From: Alphaproteobacteria bacterium
Lineage (GTDB): Bacteria; Pseudomonadota; Alphaproteobacteria; JAJFIK01
Reading direction: 5' to 3'
NCBI GenBank assembly: GCA_046538635.1
Contig: JBKHIN010000002.1
Coordinates: 1 to 32,078, forward strand
DNA length: 32,078 bases
The notes under the pieces were generated by a model that did no database searches, had not been told where the DNA came from, and was given only the letters and a program-made list of their open reading frames with translations. Shown here in pieces: positions 8,804-18,143 of the stretch; the stretch's first letter is position 1, and the number at the start of each line of letters is the position of its first letter. Position numbers and translations under genes: made by a program.

Positions 8804-8934
8804 AGAGAAGCGAGGAGCGAGAGGGCTCGCCTTGCTCCTGCGTGATTTCGGCCGTCGAACCGATACGCCAAGCGTTCACTCCCTCCCGCTGACGCTCAAC
8901 CCCCTCTCGCTGCTTGCTTCTCTCCCCTCGCTTC
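8802..8934. repeat. long imperfect palindrome (same repeat family, copy B, larger ~70-bp centre)
   Basis: Left arm 8802-8830 GAAGAGAAGCGAGGAGCGAGAGGGCTCGC. Right arm 8900-8934 CCCCCTCTCGCTGCTTGCTTCTCTCCCCTCGCTTC. Both closely match the arms of copy A. Confidence 0.7.
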
Positions 8935-10293
8935 TGCAGCCGGGTCCGCGCTGCGCCGCACCGCCGGGTAATAGGCCCACAGGGTGACCCCGCGGATCAG
9001 GAAAAAGCCCACAAAGGCCAGCCACAGGCCGTGATTGCCCAGGGGGCCCTCCAGCGCCTTCCAGGCCGCCAGATAGAAGGCGAAGGACAGGATCATCGCA
9101 TTGCGCATTTCGCGTCCGCGCGTGGCGCCGATGAAAATGCCGTCGAACTGGAAACACCAGACGGCGGCCAGCGGCTGCAGGGCGGCCCAGGGCAGGAAGG
9201 TCACCGCCGCCGCGCGCACGGCATCGTCGGCGCTCAGTTCTTGTATGAACAGCGGGCCCGCCAGCCAGAAACCGAGGGAAAGCAGGGCGGCGGCCGCTAC
9301 CGCCAGATGGGTGGAGCGGCGCACGGCATCGGCCAGCAGCACGGGCGCCCGGGCGCCCACGGCGCGGCCCACCAGCGTTTCGGCGGCAAAGGCGAACCCG
9401 TCCAGAAAGAAGGCCGAGAATGCCACGAACTGCAGCAGTACGTGATTGGCCGCCAGCGTCACGTCGCCCGCCGCCGCGCCCTGGGCGGTAAACCAGGCGA
9501 AAGCCGAGATCAGAAGCAGTGTACGGATGAAAATGTCGCGGTTGACGGCGAGCATCCGTCCCAATTGAAGGGGGTCGGTCAGCTCCGCGCGGGGCAGGGC
9601 GAGCGGGCCGGTGCGCCGGTTTCGCTCCCTCAAGGTAAGCAGGATCAGCGCGAGGGCAAGCAGGCCCGCCGACCACTCGGCAAGCGCCGTGCCGATGGCG
9701 ACGCCCTCCACCCCCCAGCCGAAACCCGCGACGAACAGGATATCCAGCGCCGCATTCACCCCGTTCTGGAAGACGGTCAGGGCCAGGACTTTCCGGCTCT
9801 GGCCCAGGCCGATGAACCAGCCCATCGCCGCATAGACGGTCAACGCCGCGGGCGCGCCCCAGATTCGCAGGGAGAGATAGGCCCCGGCCTCGCTCTCCAC
9901 GGCGGAACTGGCCTCGAGCAGGCCGAAGGCCCCCTGAGCGATCGGCCATTGCAGGATCAGCAACGCCAGTCCGCATGCAGCGCCCAGCGCGGCGGCCCGC
10001 GCCATCCAGGCGCGCACCTGCAGTTCGTCTCCGGCCCCTTCGGCCTGCGCCGTCAGCCCGGTGGTGCCCATGCGCAGGAAGCCGAAGCCCCAGTAGAGAA
10101 AGTTGAAGATCAGCGCGCCCACGGCGATGGCGCCCAAGAGGGCGGGCTCGCCCAGTCGCCCGATGACGGCGGTGTCCACGATGCCGGTCAGGGGCGTGGC
10201 GGCGTTTGCCAGAATGATGGGCCAGGCGATGGCGAACACGCGGGCGTGGGTCGTGCGCAGCGGCGGCGCCGGAACGTCCCGAATGTGCGTCAT
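8896..10293 (-). CDS. MATE-family efflux transporter (DinF-like)
   Basis: 465 aa from ATG 10293. IAWPIILANAATPLTGIVDTAVIGRLG and 12 hydrophobic segments are typical of MATE. The C-terminal tail EARGEKQAARGG is encoded by the right arm of repeat copy B. Confidence 0.85.
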   Translation of the reverse strand: MTHIRDVPAPPLRTTHARVFAIAWPIILANAATPLTGIVDTAVIGRLGEPALLGAIAVGALIFNFLYWGFGFLRMGTTGLTAQAEGAGDELQVRAWMARAAALGAACGLALLILQWPIAQGAFGLLEASSAVESEAGAYLSLRIWGAPAALTVYAAMGWFIGLGQSRKVLALTVFQNGVNAALDILFVAGFGWGVEGVAIGTALAEWSAGLLALALILLTLRERNRRTGPLALPRAELTDPLQLGRMLAVNRDIFIRTLLLISAFAWFTAQGAAAGDVTLAANHVLLQFVAFSAFFLDGFAFAAETLVGRAVGARAPVLLADAVRRSTHLAVAAAALLSLGFWLAGPLFIQELSADDAVRAAAVTFLPWAALQPLAAVWCFQFDGIFIGATRGREMRNAMILSFAFYLAAWKALEGPLGNHGLWLAFVGFFLIRGVTLWAYYPAVRRSADPAAEARGEKQAARGG

Positions 10294-10313
10294 GGGGCGG
10301 CCCCGCCTGCTGA

Positions 10314-11450
10314 CTAGCCTGCATGCCGGACGGGCGTCAGTCCCGCCGTCCATTCCGCGGCCACGTCCGGATCCGTTTCGGCGGCCGCGCGGGCATCGTA
10401 CAGTGTCCGGAACGCCGGGGCATCCATGAGGCGCGAGAGCGCCCACACCGCCGCCGCGCGCACCAGAGCGCTGGCGTCATCGAGCCTTCGCCTCGCCGCG
10501 GGCACAAGGCCGGGATCCTGCGAATTGCCGATGGCGATCAGCACGTTGCGCACGAAGCGGTCGCGCCCCGTCCGCTTGATGGGCGAGCCTGCGAAGACCG
10601 CCCGGAAACTGGCATCGTCGAGTTCAACGAGGTCGGCGAGGGGCGGCATGTCCAGTTCCGCCCGGGCATGGAAGGCGGCCTCGCGCGCCCGGCCGGCGAA
10701 CTTGTTCCACGGACAGACGGCCAGGCAGTCGTCGCAGCCATAGATGCGGTTACCGATCGCCGCCCGGAATTCGCGCGGGATGTGGCCCTTGTGCTCGATG
10801 GTCAGATAGGAAATGCAGCGCCGCGCATCGAGTTGATAGGGCGCGGGGAAGGCATCCGTGGGGCAGATGTCGAGACAGCGGCGGCAGGAACCGCAATGAT
10901 CCGCCTCCGGCGTATCCGGTGCGATATCCAGGGTCGTGAAGATGGCGCCCAGGAACAGCCAGGAGCCATGCTCACGGCTGACCAGATTGGTGTGCTTGCC
11001 CTGCCAGCCCACGCCCGCCGCTTCCGCCAGCGGTTTTTCCATGACGGGCGCGGTGTCGACGAACACTTTCACCTCGCCGCCCTCGCTTTCGCACAGCCAG
11101 CGGGCCAGCCGTTTCAGGCGTTTCTTGAGGACGTCGTGATAGTCCCGGCCCTGAGCATAGACGGAGACCGCACCGTGTGACCTGCGCTCAAGCGCCTTCA
11201 GCGGATCGCGGTGCGGGCCGTAATTCATGGCGCACACGATCACCGAACGGGCGCCGGGCCACAGGGCGTTGGGATGGGCGCGTTCGTCCGCGCGGGAGGC
11301 CATCCAGTGCATCGTGCCGTGGCGGCCCAGATGCAGAAACTCCACTAAGCGTTCTCCTGCCCGGGCGGCGGCGGCGGGGCGGGTGATGCCGATGGCCTCG
11401 AACCCGAGGTCCCGGGCCTCACCTTCAATGCGGCGCGCGAGGTCCGTCAC
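10314..11450 (-). CDS. queG: tRNA epoxyqueuosine(34) reductase
   Basis: 378 aa. Two 4Fe-4S motifs ([25 protein letters not shown]) and a C-terminal HEAT-like segment. The N-terminus [12 protein letters not shown] is typical of QueG. Confidence 0.9.
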   Translation of the reverse strand: MTDLARRIEGEARDLGFEAIGITRPAAAARAGERLVEFLHLGRHGTMHWMASRADERAHPNALWPGARSVIVCAMNYGPHRDPLKALERRSHGAVSVYAQGRDYHDVLKKRLKRLARWLCESEGGEVKVFVDTAPVMEKPLAEAAGVGWQGKHTNLVSREHGSWLFLGAIFTTLDIAPDTPEADHCGSCRRCLDICPTDAFPAPYQLDARRCISYLTIEHKGHIPREFRAAIGNRIYGCDDCLAVCPWNKFAGRAREAAFHARAELDMPPLADLVELDDASFRAVFAGSPIKRTGRDRFVRNVLIAIGNSQDPGLVPAARRRLDDASALVRAAAVWALSRLMDAPAFRTLYDARAAAETDPDVAAEWTAGLTPVRHAG

Positions 11451-11474
11451 GTTCCGGCCCCCGCGCGGACGGGC

Positions 11475-12500
11475 TCAGAGATTGGCCGCCATCTGGGTGC
11501 GCCGGGCCTGTAATTTCTCGCGCCGTTCGGCAAGAGGGCCGATTGCGCCCAGGATCTCTTCGGCCTTGCGGCGGTGGGCGTCGGTCTGTTCCGCCATATT
11601 GGGCAGTTCGGAATAGGCCAGAAGCGCGTCGGCAATCTTTTCTTCCACGTCATAGGCCGGTTCATAGGTGTCCATCATCCGGTTGAGAAGGTCGACCTGG
11701 ACCTTGGGGTACTCTCCCCGCTGCCGCCCCTCCCTGAACAGCTTGCGGTATGTCTTCACCTGCTCGCGCCCCTTTCGCGTCAGGGTCTTGACGCGGCTGC
11801 CGGCGCGCCCGATGCGCCGGGTCATGCGGGCGTGGATGCGGGAAGCATCCTGGCCCCGGCTGACGTCGATGATGGCGTTCCAGATGGCCATCATGGCTTC
11901 GTTGGTTTCTACCACACAGGAAAGCAGATGGTATTGCGGATGGAGGGGATCAGCGGGCTGCGACGCAATGGCTGCCAGATTGGTCTGGTTTTCCGCCTCC
12001 AGCAGCACGATCATCTGCTGGCTGAATTTCATGTAAAGCTTTTTTTCGACCGTCTTTTCGCCCGAAATGGCCGACTCATAGATTGCGACCGAAGACTCCA
12101 CGATTCCGGCCACTTTCTCGGTCAGTTGGTCCGTATACTGGCGTTTTACCTGTGCGGCCTTGTTCCGGGCCTGGTGCGCCGTCACGGGCGGGGGCGGCAG
12201 GTTGCGGGCCCGCGCGCGGATTTTCGCCAGCCGCGTGCGCAGATCGGAAATGATCGCCGCGCCCCGCAGCCGCGCGTCTTCGTCGCTCACCGATCCGCTG
12301 GCGATCTCGCGCGACAGCGCGTCGAGCCGCTCGGTACGCCCGGCCAGCCTGGAGGCGGTTTGCATCACGGCGTCGACCCTGGCGTTCCACTGGGCGTAAT
12401 CCTGCAACTGGGTTCGGGACACGGCCGCCGCCCCGGCGGTGCCCGTGGCGGCGCCGATCACGGTAAGAATGAGGAAGAATTTTACTCTTCGGCTGGTCAT
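11475..12500 (-). CDS. hypothetical exported, predominantly helical protein (341 aa)
   Basis: ATG 12500. N-terminal signal-like segment MTSRRVKFFLILTVIGAATGTAGAAA. The rest is charged and heptad-like with no recognisable motif. Lies 24 bp upstream of queG on the same strand. Confidence 0.6.
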   Translation of the reverse strand: MTSRRVKFFLILTVIGAATGTAGAAAVSRTQLQDYAQWNARVDAVMQTASRLAGRTERLDALSREIASGSVSDEDARLRGAAIISDLRTRLAKIRARARNLPPPPVTAHQARNKAAQVKRQYTDQLTEKVAGIVESSVAIYESAISGEKTVEKKLYMKFSQQMIVLLEAENQTNLAAIASQPADPLHPQYHLLSCVVETNEAMMAIWNAIIDVSRGQDASRIHARMTRRIGRAGSRVKTLTRKGREQVKTYRKLFREGRQRGEYPKVQVDLLNRMMDTYEPAYDVEEKIADALLAYSELPNMAEQTDAHRRKAEEILGAIGPLAERREKLQARRTQMAANL

Positions 12501-12599
12501 CGCCGTCCCCACAGCTCCGTTGCCGCAAAACACAATAATGGGCGCGGCCGGACCCGGTCAAAAGCAATCGCAGCGTGCCCGCCCCGCCTGCCGGCACAG

Positions 12600-13265
12600 T
12601 CAGAAATCGGGATCGGCGTAGTGTTCCGGCGGCCGGAAGCCCGGAATGCGGTCGGCGAGCACGCCGCGAAAGGCGGGCCGGGATTTGAGACGCCGGTACC
12701 ATTCGGCGGCTTCGGAAAACTTCGACCAGGGCACGACGCCCACATAATCGAGACAGGACAGATGCGCGCCCGCGGCAAAGTCCGCCAGGCTCAGATGCTG
12801 TCCGGCGAGCCAGTTCCGGTGCCTGGACAGATAGCTGACATAGTCCAGATGCACATTCAGGTTCCTGATGCCGGCGCGGATACGCGCCATGTCGGGCTCG
12901 CCCGCCCGCTTCAGCAACTTGTAGATCTTCTCATCGAGAATGTTGCCCGTGACGTCCCGCGCGAATTTCACGTCGAACCAGGCGGCGAGGCGGCGCACCT
13001 CGGCCCGCTCATGGGCATTGCCCGGAATGAGGGACGGCTCGCGCCGGGTTTCCTCCAGGAATTCGGCGATGGCGCCGCTGTCGGCCAGCGGCCGTTCCCC
13101 GTCCAGCAGCACCGGCAGTTCGCCCGCCGGATTGAGGTCGTAAATGGCATCGCCCATGTCCCACGGGCTGGCGGTCGTCAGCCGCGCTTCCATCTTCTTT
13201 TCCGCGAGCACCAGCCGAACCTTGCGGCCCCAGGGGCACAGCGGCATGTGAATCAGTTCCAGCAT
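12600..13265 (-). CDS. glutathione S-transferase family protein (possibly FzlA-like)
   Basis: 221 aa. Thioredoxin-like N-domain (LIHMPLCPWGRKVRLVLAEKK...LNPAGELPVLLDG...DSGAIAEFLEE) plus a helical C-domain. The FzlA resemblance is from memory only. Confidence 0.75.
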   Translation of the reverse strand: MLELIHMPLCPWGRKVRLVLAEKKMEARLTTASPWDMGDAIYDLNPAGELPVLLDGERPLADSGAIAEFLEETRREPSLIPGNAHERAEVRRLAAWFDVKFARDVTGNILDEKIYKLLKRAGEPDMARIRAGIRNLNVHLDYVSYLSRHRNWLAGQHLSLADFAAGAHLSCLDYVGVVPWSKFSEAAEWYRRLKSRPAFRGVLADRIPGFRPPEHYADPDF

Positions 13266-13402
13266 GGGCGCCCATTTGGCGGCGGGCGCGGGCGCGCGTC
13301 AATGCGGGCGCTTGCACGGGCGCGGGCGCTGTGGCAGCACAGCGCGGCGGCGCGGCCGGACGGGGTGCCGGGCCGTGTCCTGCCTCAGGGGAACACTGGG
13401 CC

Positions 13403-14206
13403 ATGCCTCTCGGCTTTCTTGCGCTTCTGGCCGTCATTCAGGGCCTGACGGAGTTTCTGCCCGTCAGTTCCTCCGCGCACCTGATTCTGCCCTCGCAGCT
13501 TCTGGGCACGCCGGACCAGGGCCCGCTGATCGATGTGGCGGTGCATGTGGGCTCCCTGTTCGCGGTGATGCTCTATTTCCGTACCGAGGTCATGCGCCTG
13601 TTCCGCGGCGTACCGGACCTGCTCCGCATCCGGATGACGCCCGACGCCCGCCTGCTGGGCTATCTCATCGCCGCCACCATCCCGACCATTCTGATCGGCG
13701 GCCTGCTGTACGTTACCGGCGCCGTTGCCCTGCTGCGCAGCGCGGAGGTGATCGCCTGGGCCACCATTCTCTTCGCCCTGCTGCTTTACGAGGCCGACCG
13801 GATCGGCATGCGCTTCCGGATGATGGACGATCTGACCCTGAAGGGCGCTCTGGTCATCGGCCTGGCGCAGGTGCTGGCGCTGATCCCGGGGACCAGCCGC
13901 GCCGGCATCACCATGACGGCGGGGCGCTTCCTGGGCTATGAGCGCGCCGAAGCCGCGCGCTTTTCCATGCTGCTCTCGATCCCCACCATTGCCGCCTTCG
14001 GCCTGCTGGCGGGCATCGAGCTGATCCGCAGCGGCGAAAACGCCCTGCAGGCCGACGCCGTGACCGCCATGGTGCTCAGCTTCGCGGCGGCCTATGCCTC
14101 TATCTGGGTGTTCATGTCCTGGGTCAACCGGATCGGTTTCGCGCCCTTCGTGATCTACCGGCTGCTTCTGGGTGCGGTCCTGCTGTGGCTGGTCTATGGC
14201 ACATGA
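13403..14206 (+). CDS. uppP: undecaprenyl-diphosphate phosphatase
   Basis: 267 aa from ATG 13403. QGLTEFLPVSSSAHL and PGTSRAGITM motifs. Polytopic membrane protein. Confidence 0.9.
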   Translation: MPLGFLALLAVIQGLTEFLPVSSSAHLILPSQLLGTPDQGPLIDVAVHVGSLFAVMLYFRTEVMRLFRGVPDLLRIRMTPDARLLGYLIAATIPTILIGGLLYVTGAVALLRSAEVIAWATILFALLLYEADRIGMRFRMMDDLTLKGALVIGLAQVLALIPGTSRAGITMTAGRFLGYERAEAARFSMLLSIPTIAAFGLLAGIELIRSGENALQADAVTAMVLSFAAAYASIWVFMSWVNRIGFAPFVIYRLLLGAVLLWLVYGT

Positions 14207-14226
14207 TGCGGTGCGCCGGCCGCCGG

Positions 14227-14262
14227 GGAAGACGCGAGCCGCCGTGTTCGTGGCGGTCTTCC
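14227..14262. terminator. GC-rich hairpin between convergent uppP and the SDR gene (candidate bidirectional terminator)
   Basis: GGAAGAC(gcgag)CCGCC-gtgttcgt-GGCGGTCTTCC followed by TTCTC. Only a weak T-tract. Confidence 0.4.
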
Positions 14263-14311
14263 TTCTCACACCGGCGCGCCACGGCGTCTCATCCGAAGGC
14301 AGCCCACCCGC

Positions 14312-15280
14312 TCAGGTGTGATAATCGGCATACTGACCACGCGGCCGGAAGCGCCACAGATAGGTGGGCAGGATGACTTCCGCCGCAGTGGGCTGGATCC
14401 CCAGGTCCTGTATCGTGCCCACATTTTCCTCGCCGCCCGGCCGCACGACGTTGTCGATCTTGAGCTGGCGGACCTGGTCCAGCGTCAGGGGCGGGTTGGG
14501 CAGCATTCCCATGAAGAAGCCCATGATCCGGGCCATGAACATGGGCACCGGCATCAGCGGCTTTTTGCGCTCGATCACCTCGAGCATCAGTTCCATCCAT
14601 TCGCGGAAGGTGAGGACTTCCGGCCCCCCGAGTTCGTAAATGCGCCCGGCCGTGTGCGCGTCGCGAAGGCAGGTGACCACCGCGTCGGCCACATCGTCCA
14701 CATGCACCGGCTGGAACTTCGTCCGGCCGCCCATGAGCGGGAGTACCGGAGCCACCAGCCCCGGCAGCGCCGCCATGGCGGCGAAGCGCCTGAAGAACCC
14801 GTCCTCCGGGCCGAACATGATGGACGGCCGCAGGATCGTGGCCTGCGGAAACTGTTCCCGCAGCGCCCGTTCCCCGGCCGCCTTGGTGCGGGCGTAGCGG
14901 GAGGGCGAGCGCGGGTTCGCCCCGATCGACGAAATGTGGATCACCCGCTCCACCCCCTTCCCGGTGGCGAGTCGCCCGATGCGGCCGGGAGCCTCCGCGT
15001 GCAGCGCCCGGAAGCGCTGCTTTCCGCCTTGATAAAGAATGCCCACCAGGTTCACCGCGCCCGAGGCGCCGTCGAGGGCGCGTTCCACGCTGCGCTCGTC
15101 GCGGATATTGACGGCCTGGAGGCTGATCTGTCCCACCCCGCCCAGGGGCTGGAGAAAGTGGGCTTCGTGGGGCTTGCGCACCGCCACCCTTATGCGATAG
15201 CCCGCCCGCGCCAATTCGCGAACCACATTGCGGCCCAGAAAGCCCGAGCCCCCGAAAACCGTGATGATCTCTCTTGCCAT
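14312..15280 (-). CDS. NAD(P)H-binding SDR, complex I NDUFA9-subunit-like family
   Basis: 322 aa from ATG 15280. Rossmann motif VFGGSGFLGRNVVRELARAGY. Overall pattern matches the NDUFA9/NmrA-like atypical SDRs common in alphaproteobacteria. Confidence 0.8.
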   Translation of the reverse strand: MAREIITVFGGSGFLGRNVVRELARAGYRIRVAVRKPHEAHFLQPLGGVGQISLQAVNIRDERSVERALDGASGAVNLVGILYQGGKQRFRALHAEAPGRIGRLATGKGVERVIHISSIGANPRSPSRYARTKAAGERALREQFPQATILRPSIMFGPEDGFFRRFAAMAALPGLVAPVLPLMGGRTKFQPVHVDDVADAVVTCLRDAHTAGRIYELGGPEVLTFREWMELMLEVIERKKPLMPVPMFMARIMGFFMGMLPNPPLTLDQVRQLKIDNVVRPGGEENVGTIQDLGIQPTAAEVILPTYLWRFRPRGQYADYHT

Positions 15281-15455
15281 GCGTTGCCCAGTGGATTGAT
15301 AACCCCGGCGGGAAGCCGCCCGGGCGGGCCTTCCACGGCGGAATGCCCGTCCCCCGTTCAGCGTTCTACCCGATAGCGCGCATCCGCTCCAAGTGGACAT
15401 CCCGGCCGTGATGTCGCGGGCGCCGCCGGAACGGGCGTTTTCTCGCAGGACCCCG

Positions 15456-15485
15456 TTGACAAGCGGGCGCCCCATGCGGTTATCT
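15456..15485 (+). promoter_or_regulatory. sigma70-like promoter for tRNA-Leu
   Basis: TTGACA (15456-15461), 18-nt spacer, TTATCT (15480-15485), about 44 bp upstream of the tRNA 5' end. Confidence 0.45.
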
Positions 15486-15528
15486 CCGGCTCCCGCGGAG
15501 CGGCCCGCGCTCCGCCTCCGTGCCTCAT

Positions 15529-15615
15529 GCCCAGGTGGCGGAACTGGTAGACGCGCTAGCTTCAGGTGCTAGTGACCGTATGGTCGTGGAGGTTCGAGTC
15601 CTCTCCTGGGCACCA
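15529..15615 (+). tRNA. tRNA-Leu (anticodon CAG), type II with long variable arm, CCA encoded
   Basis: Folded by hand. Acceptor GCCCAGG/CCTGGGC; anticodon arm CTAGC-TTCAGGT-GCTAG; variable arm GACC-GTAT-GGTC; T arm GGAGG-TTCGAGT-CCTCT; ends ACCA. Confidence 0.95.
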
Positions 15616-15862
15616 CGGTTTCGGATGACCGTTTCCACGCTTTGACGTCCCGCCGTCTCTCCTGCGTGAACACAACGTGCGCACCCTCCGTGCTGGCAGG
15701 GAAAGCGCCCGGTCTGCCTTATCCTCTTCTTGGTTGAATTTTGCACGCAAAGAGGGAGCCCGGTTCGTTGTGGCGGATGCGCCGATGCGCTCAAAGTGGC
15801 TTTCCTGAGGGGGTGAATCCGGTGCTTGACAGCCCGCCAAACAAAAAGGGGAGGGAGAGCCT

Positions 15863-16054
15863 ATGCTGTTCATCAAAGCCCTACTCGGTCTTGCCCTGCT
15901 GGCTGGCCTCGGCGTCATTGCCGGTGCCGCCATCCAAGTGCTTCGAACCTCCCGGCCGAACCGCCTGTCCACCAAGGTGGGGGTGTGGCTGATCTTCGCC
16001 ATGCTTGCCACCGCCTACACCATCACGGTATCGTTTGTGCTTGGCGTTTACTGA
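15863..16054 (+). CDS. hypothetical small membrane protein (63 aa, two TM segments)
   Basis: Strong SD GGGGAGGGAG 5 nt before ATG 15863. MLFIKALLGLALLAGLGVIAGAAIQVL-RTSRPNRLSTK-VGVWLIFAMLATAYTITVSFVLGVY. Confidence 0.5.
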   Translation: MLFIKALLGLALLAGLGVIAGAAIQVLRTSRPNRLSTKVGVWLIFAMLATAYTITVSFVLGVY

Positions 16055-16064
16055 GGAGGACCAC

Positions 16065-16193
16065 ATGGAAGCGATGCTCGACAAGGTGCTGCTGTACCTC
16101 GTGATCTATGGCCCACCCGCCGCGCTCATGGTGGGCGTGACCATCGGTCTGTTCGGGCCCCGCCGCCTCGTCACATCTCGCGCAAGGGTGTGA
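16065..16193 (+). CDS. hypothetical small membrane protein (42 aa, one TM segment)
   Basis: SD GAGGAGGA overlaps the stop codon of the preceding ORF, with ATG 16065 four nt later. MEAMLDKVLLYLVIYGPPAALMVGVTIGLFGPRRLVTSRARV. Confidence 0.45.
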   Translation: MEAMLDKVLLYLVIYGPPAALMVGVTIGLFGPRRLVTSRARV

Positions 16194-16253
16194 CGGATAC
16201 GGTTAATCCCGTCCCCACCAGACAGGACCGGCGTCGGCAGCCTGCGGGTTTCC

Positions 16254-16277
16254 GTGACCGTAAGGTTCGAGTCCTCT
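16254..16277 (+). repeat. degenerate direct copy of the tRNA-Leu 3' segment (att-like scar)
   Basis: GTGACCGTA+AGGTTCGAGTCCTCT equals tRNA-Leu positions 15572-15580 and 15590-15604, with the 9 nt TGGTCGTGG deleted. The flanks do not match and no acceptor stem can form. Confidence 0.6.
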
Positions 16278-16510
16278 TGCAGTTACAATTCGGCCAGCCT
16301 CGCGCAAATGCGGCAGCCGGAAATTTCCGACTCAACCGCGCAACATAAGGCGATTCGGTCCGGCATGAACGTCCGGTTCCGGTAGAGCTTCCCCTTTCTC
16401 CGCGCGCTCCGCTGCACCGCTGTGTGTCTCCGCCCCCCATTCCCCGCCTTGATCTTCCCGCCGCGATGGGCTCAAACAGGCTTCGTTGCTGCCGGAGCGA
16501 GGCGAATCTC

Positions 16511-17122
16511 ATGAGCGTCACCCTGCACAAGGGCGATCTGCCGCCGGACCTGGATCTGGGCGAAACGGTTGCCGTCGATACCGAAACCATGGGCCTGAGG
16601 CCGGGCCGCGACGCGCTGTGCGTGGCGCAGCTCTCTTCCGGAGACGGCACCGCCCATCTGGTGCAGTTCGACCGGCGCAGCTATGACGCGCCCCGTCTCA
16701 AGGCGCTGCTGGCCAACCCGCGCGTCACCAAGCTGTTCCACTTCGCCCGCTTCGACGTGGCGGTGTTCCGGCACTATCTGGGGGTGACCGTCTCACCCAT
16801 CTACTGCACCAAGATCGCCTCCAAGCTGGTGCGCACCTATACCGACCGCCACGGCCTGAAGGACCTGGCGAGCGAACTGATCGGCGTCGAACTATCGAAA
16901 AAGCAGCAAAGCTCGGACTGGGGCACGGAGAAGCTGACCGACGCCCAACTGGACTACGCGGCGGCGGACGTGCTTTACCTGCATCGCATTCGCGAGGTTC
17001 TCGATCACATGCTCGCGAGAGAAGGCCGGGAGGCGCTGGCGCGCGCCTGCTTCGCCTTCCTGCCTGTGCGCGCCGAACTGGACCTGGCGGGCTGGAGCGA
17101 GGAAGACATCTTCGCCCATTGA
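16511..17122 (+). CDS. RNase D-like 3'-5' exonuclease (DEDDy family, short form)
   Basis: 203 aa from ATG 16511. ExoI VAVDTETMGL, ExoII KLFHFARFDVAVF, ExoIII LDYAAADVLYLHRI. Confidence 0.8.
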   Translation: MSVTLHKGDLPPDLDLGETVAVDTETMGLRPGRDALCVAQLSSGDGTAHLVQFDRRSYDAPRLKALLANPRVTKLFHFARFDVAVFRHYLGVTVSPIYCTKIASKLVRTYTDRHGLKDLASELIGVELSKKQQSSDWGTEKLTDAQLDYAAADVLYLHRIREVLDHMLAREGREALARACFAFLPVRAELDLAGWSEEDIFAH

Positions 17123-17323
17123 GCGGGCAGCGTGTGGCCCCGCAGTTGACCCTTTCCCTTTCAGCGACCATATTTCGCGGTTAAGAGAAGGTTACTCATA
17201 GGCTGGCGGCATTTCCGGCGATTACCGGCGGAAAGGCACGCGGCAGCACAGGCGTCCGCAAGGGCGCATGGGGGCGGGAAAGTCGAGGGGCGTGAATTCC
17301 GGAAACAGAATCCGGTCCCGAGG

Positions 17324-18121
17324 ATGAAAGGCGGTAGTCCGGTCGACGGGACGGCTACCGTGACAGGCATGCAGACACAGCGAACGGCAGCGGCACAGGA
17401 GGAGACGACCGGCGGACAGTCCGGCCGTGCAGCGGCAGCCGACGCTGCGTCGGGGCCGAGGCGCCGGCGAATTGGCATGACCGGTCCGGGCGGACGGCGG
17501 GTGCCCAGCCTTGTGGCCCTCAAGGGGGCCGCGCGTCACAGCCGGATCGTGCGCATGATGCGGGTGATTCTGCCCGCCCTTGCACTGCTCGTGATCGGCG
17601 TGGTGATGCTCCATGCCTTCATGTACAAGGCCGACGACACGCTCAAGCTCAGTTTCGCCGAAACCGGCCCGCTCGCCGACGATCTCAGGATGGTGCAGCC
17701 AGAGTTTTCCGCCCGCTTCGGTGAGAACAGCCCGTTCCGGATCACGTCGGAAAGCGCCTGGCGCGACGAGAATCTCCCCGGCCGGGTGGTGTTGAACAAG
17801 ATCGAGGCCGACGTGAATGTCGACGGGGTTTCCTGGTTCACGCTCTCCGCCCTCAAGGGGGTGCTGGATACCGAGGCGGCACAGGTGGTGCTGGGCGGAG
17901 GCATAGACCTGTCCTCCGGACTCGGTTACCAACTGCGCACGGATGCCCTCAATATCGACCTCGACAAGGGTACGATCACCGGCGGCGCCGCGGTTACGGG
18001 ACAGGGGCCGATGGGAACGCTCCGCTCCGACGGCTTTTCGGTGTCCGGTGAAGGCAGCCGGATCCGTTTCGAAGGCAATGTCCGGGTGACGCTGTTACCT
18101 GCCGCTCCGCCCTCCGGCTAG
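17324..18121 (+). CDS. lptC: LPS export system protein LptC (start uncertain: ATG 17324, 17369 or 17474)
   Basis: Single TM (VILPALALLVIGVVMLHAF) followed by an OstA/LptC-like beta-rich domain. Lies immediately upstream of lptA-lptB. Confidence 0.7.
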   Translation: MKGGSPVDGTATVTGMQTQRTAAAQEETTGGQSGRAAAADAASGPRRRRIGMTGPGGRRVPSLVALKGAARHSRIVRMMRVILPALALLVIGVVMLHAFMYKADDTLKLSFAETGPLADDLRMVQPEFSARFGENSPFRITSESAWRDENLPGRVVLNKIEADVNVDGVSWFTLSALKGVLDTEAAQVVLGGGIDLSSGLGYQLRTDALNIDLDKGTITGGAAVTGQGPMGTLRSDGFSVSGEGSRIRFEGNVRVTLLPAAPPSG

Positions 18122-18143
18122 CGCTTTATGGAAGGACAGGAGA

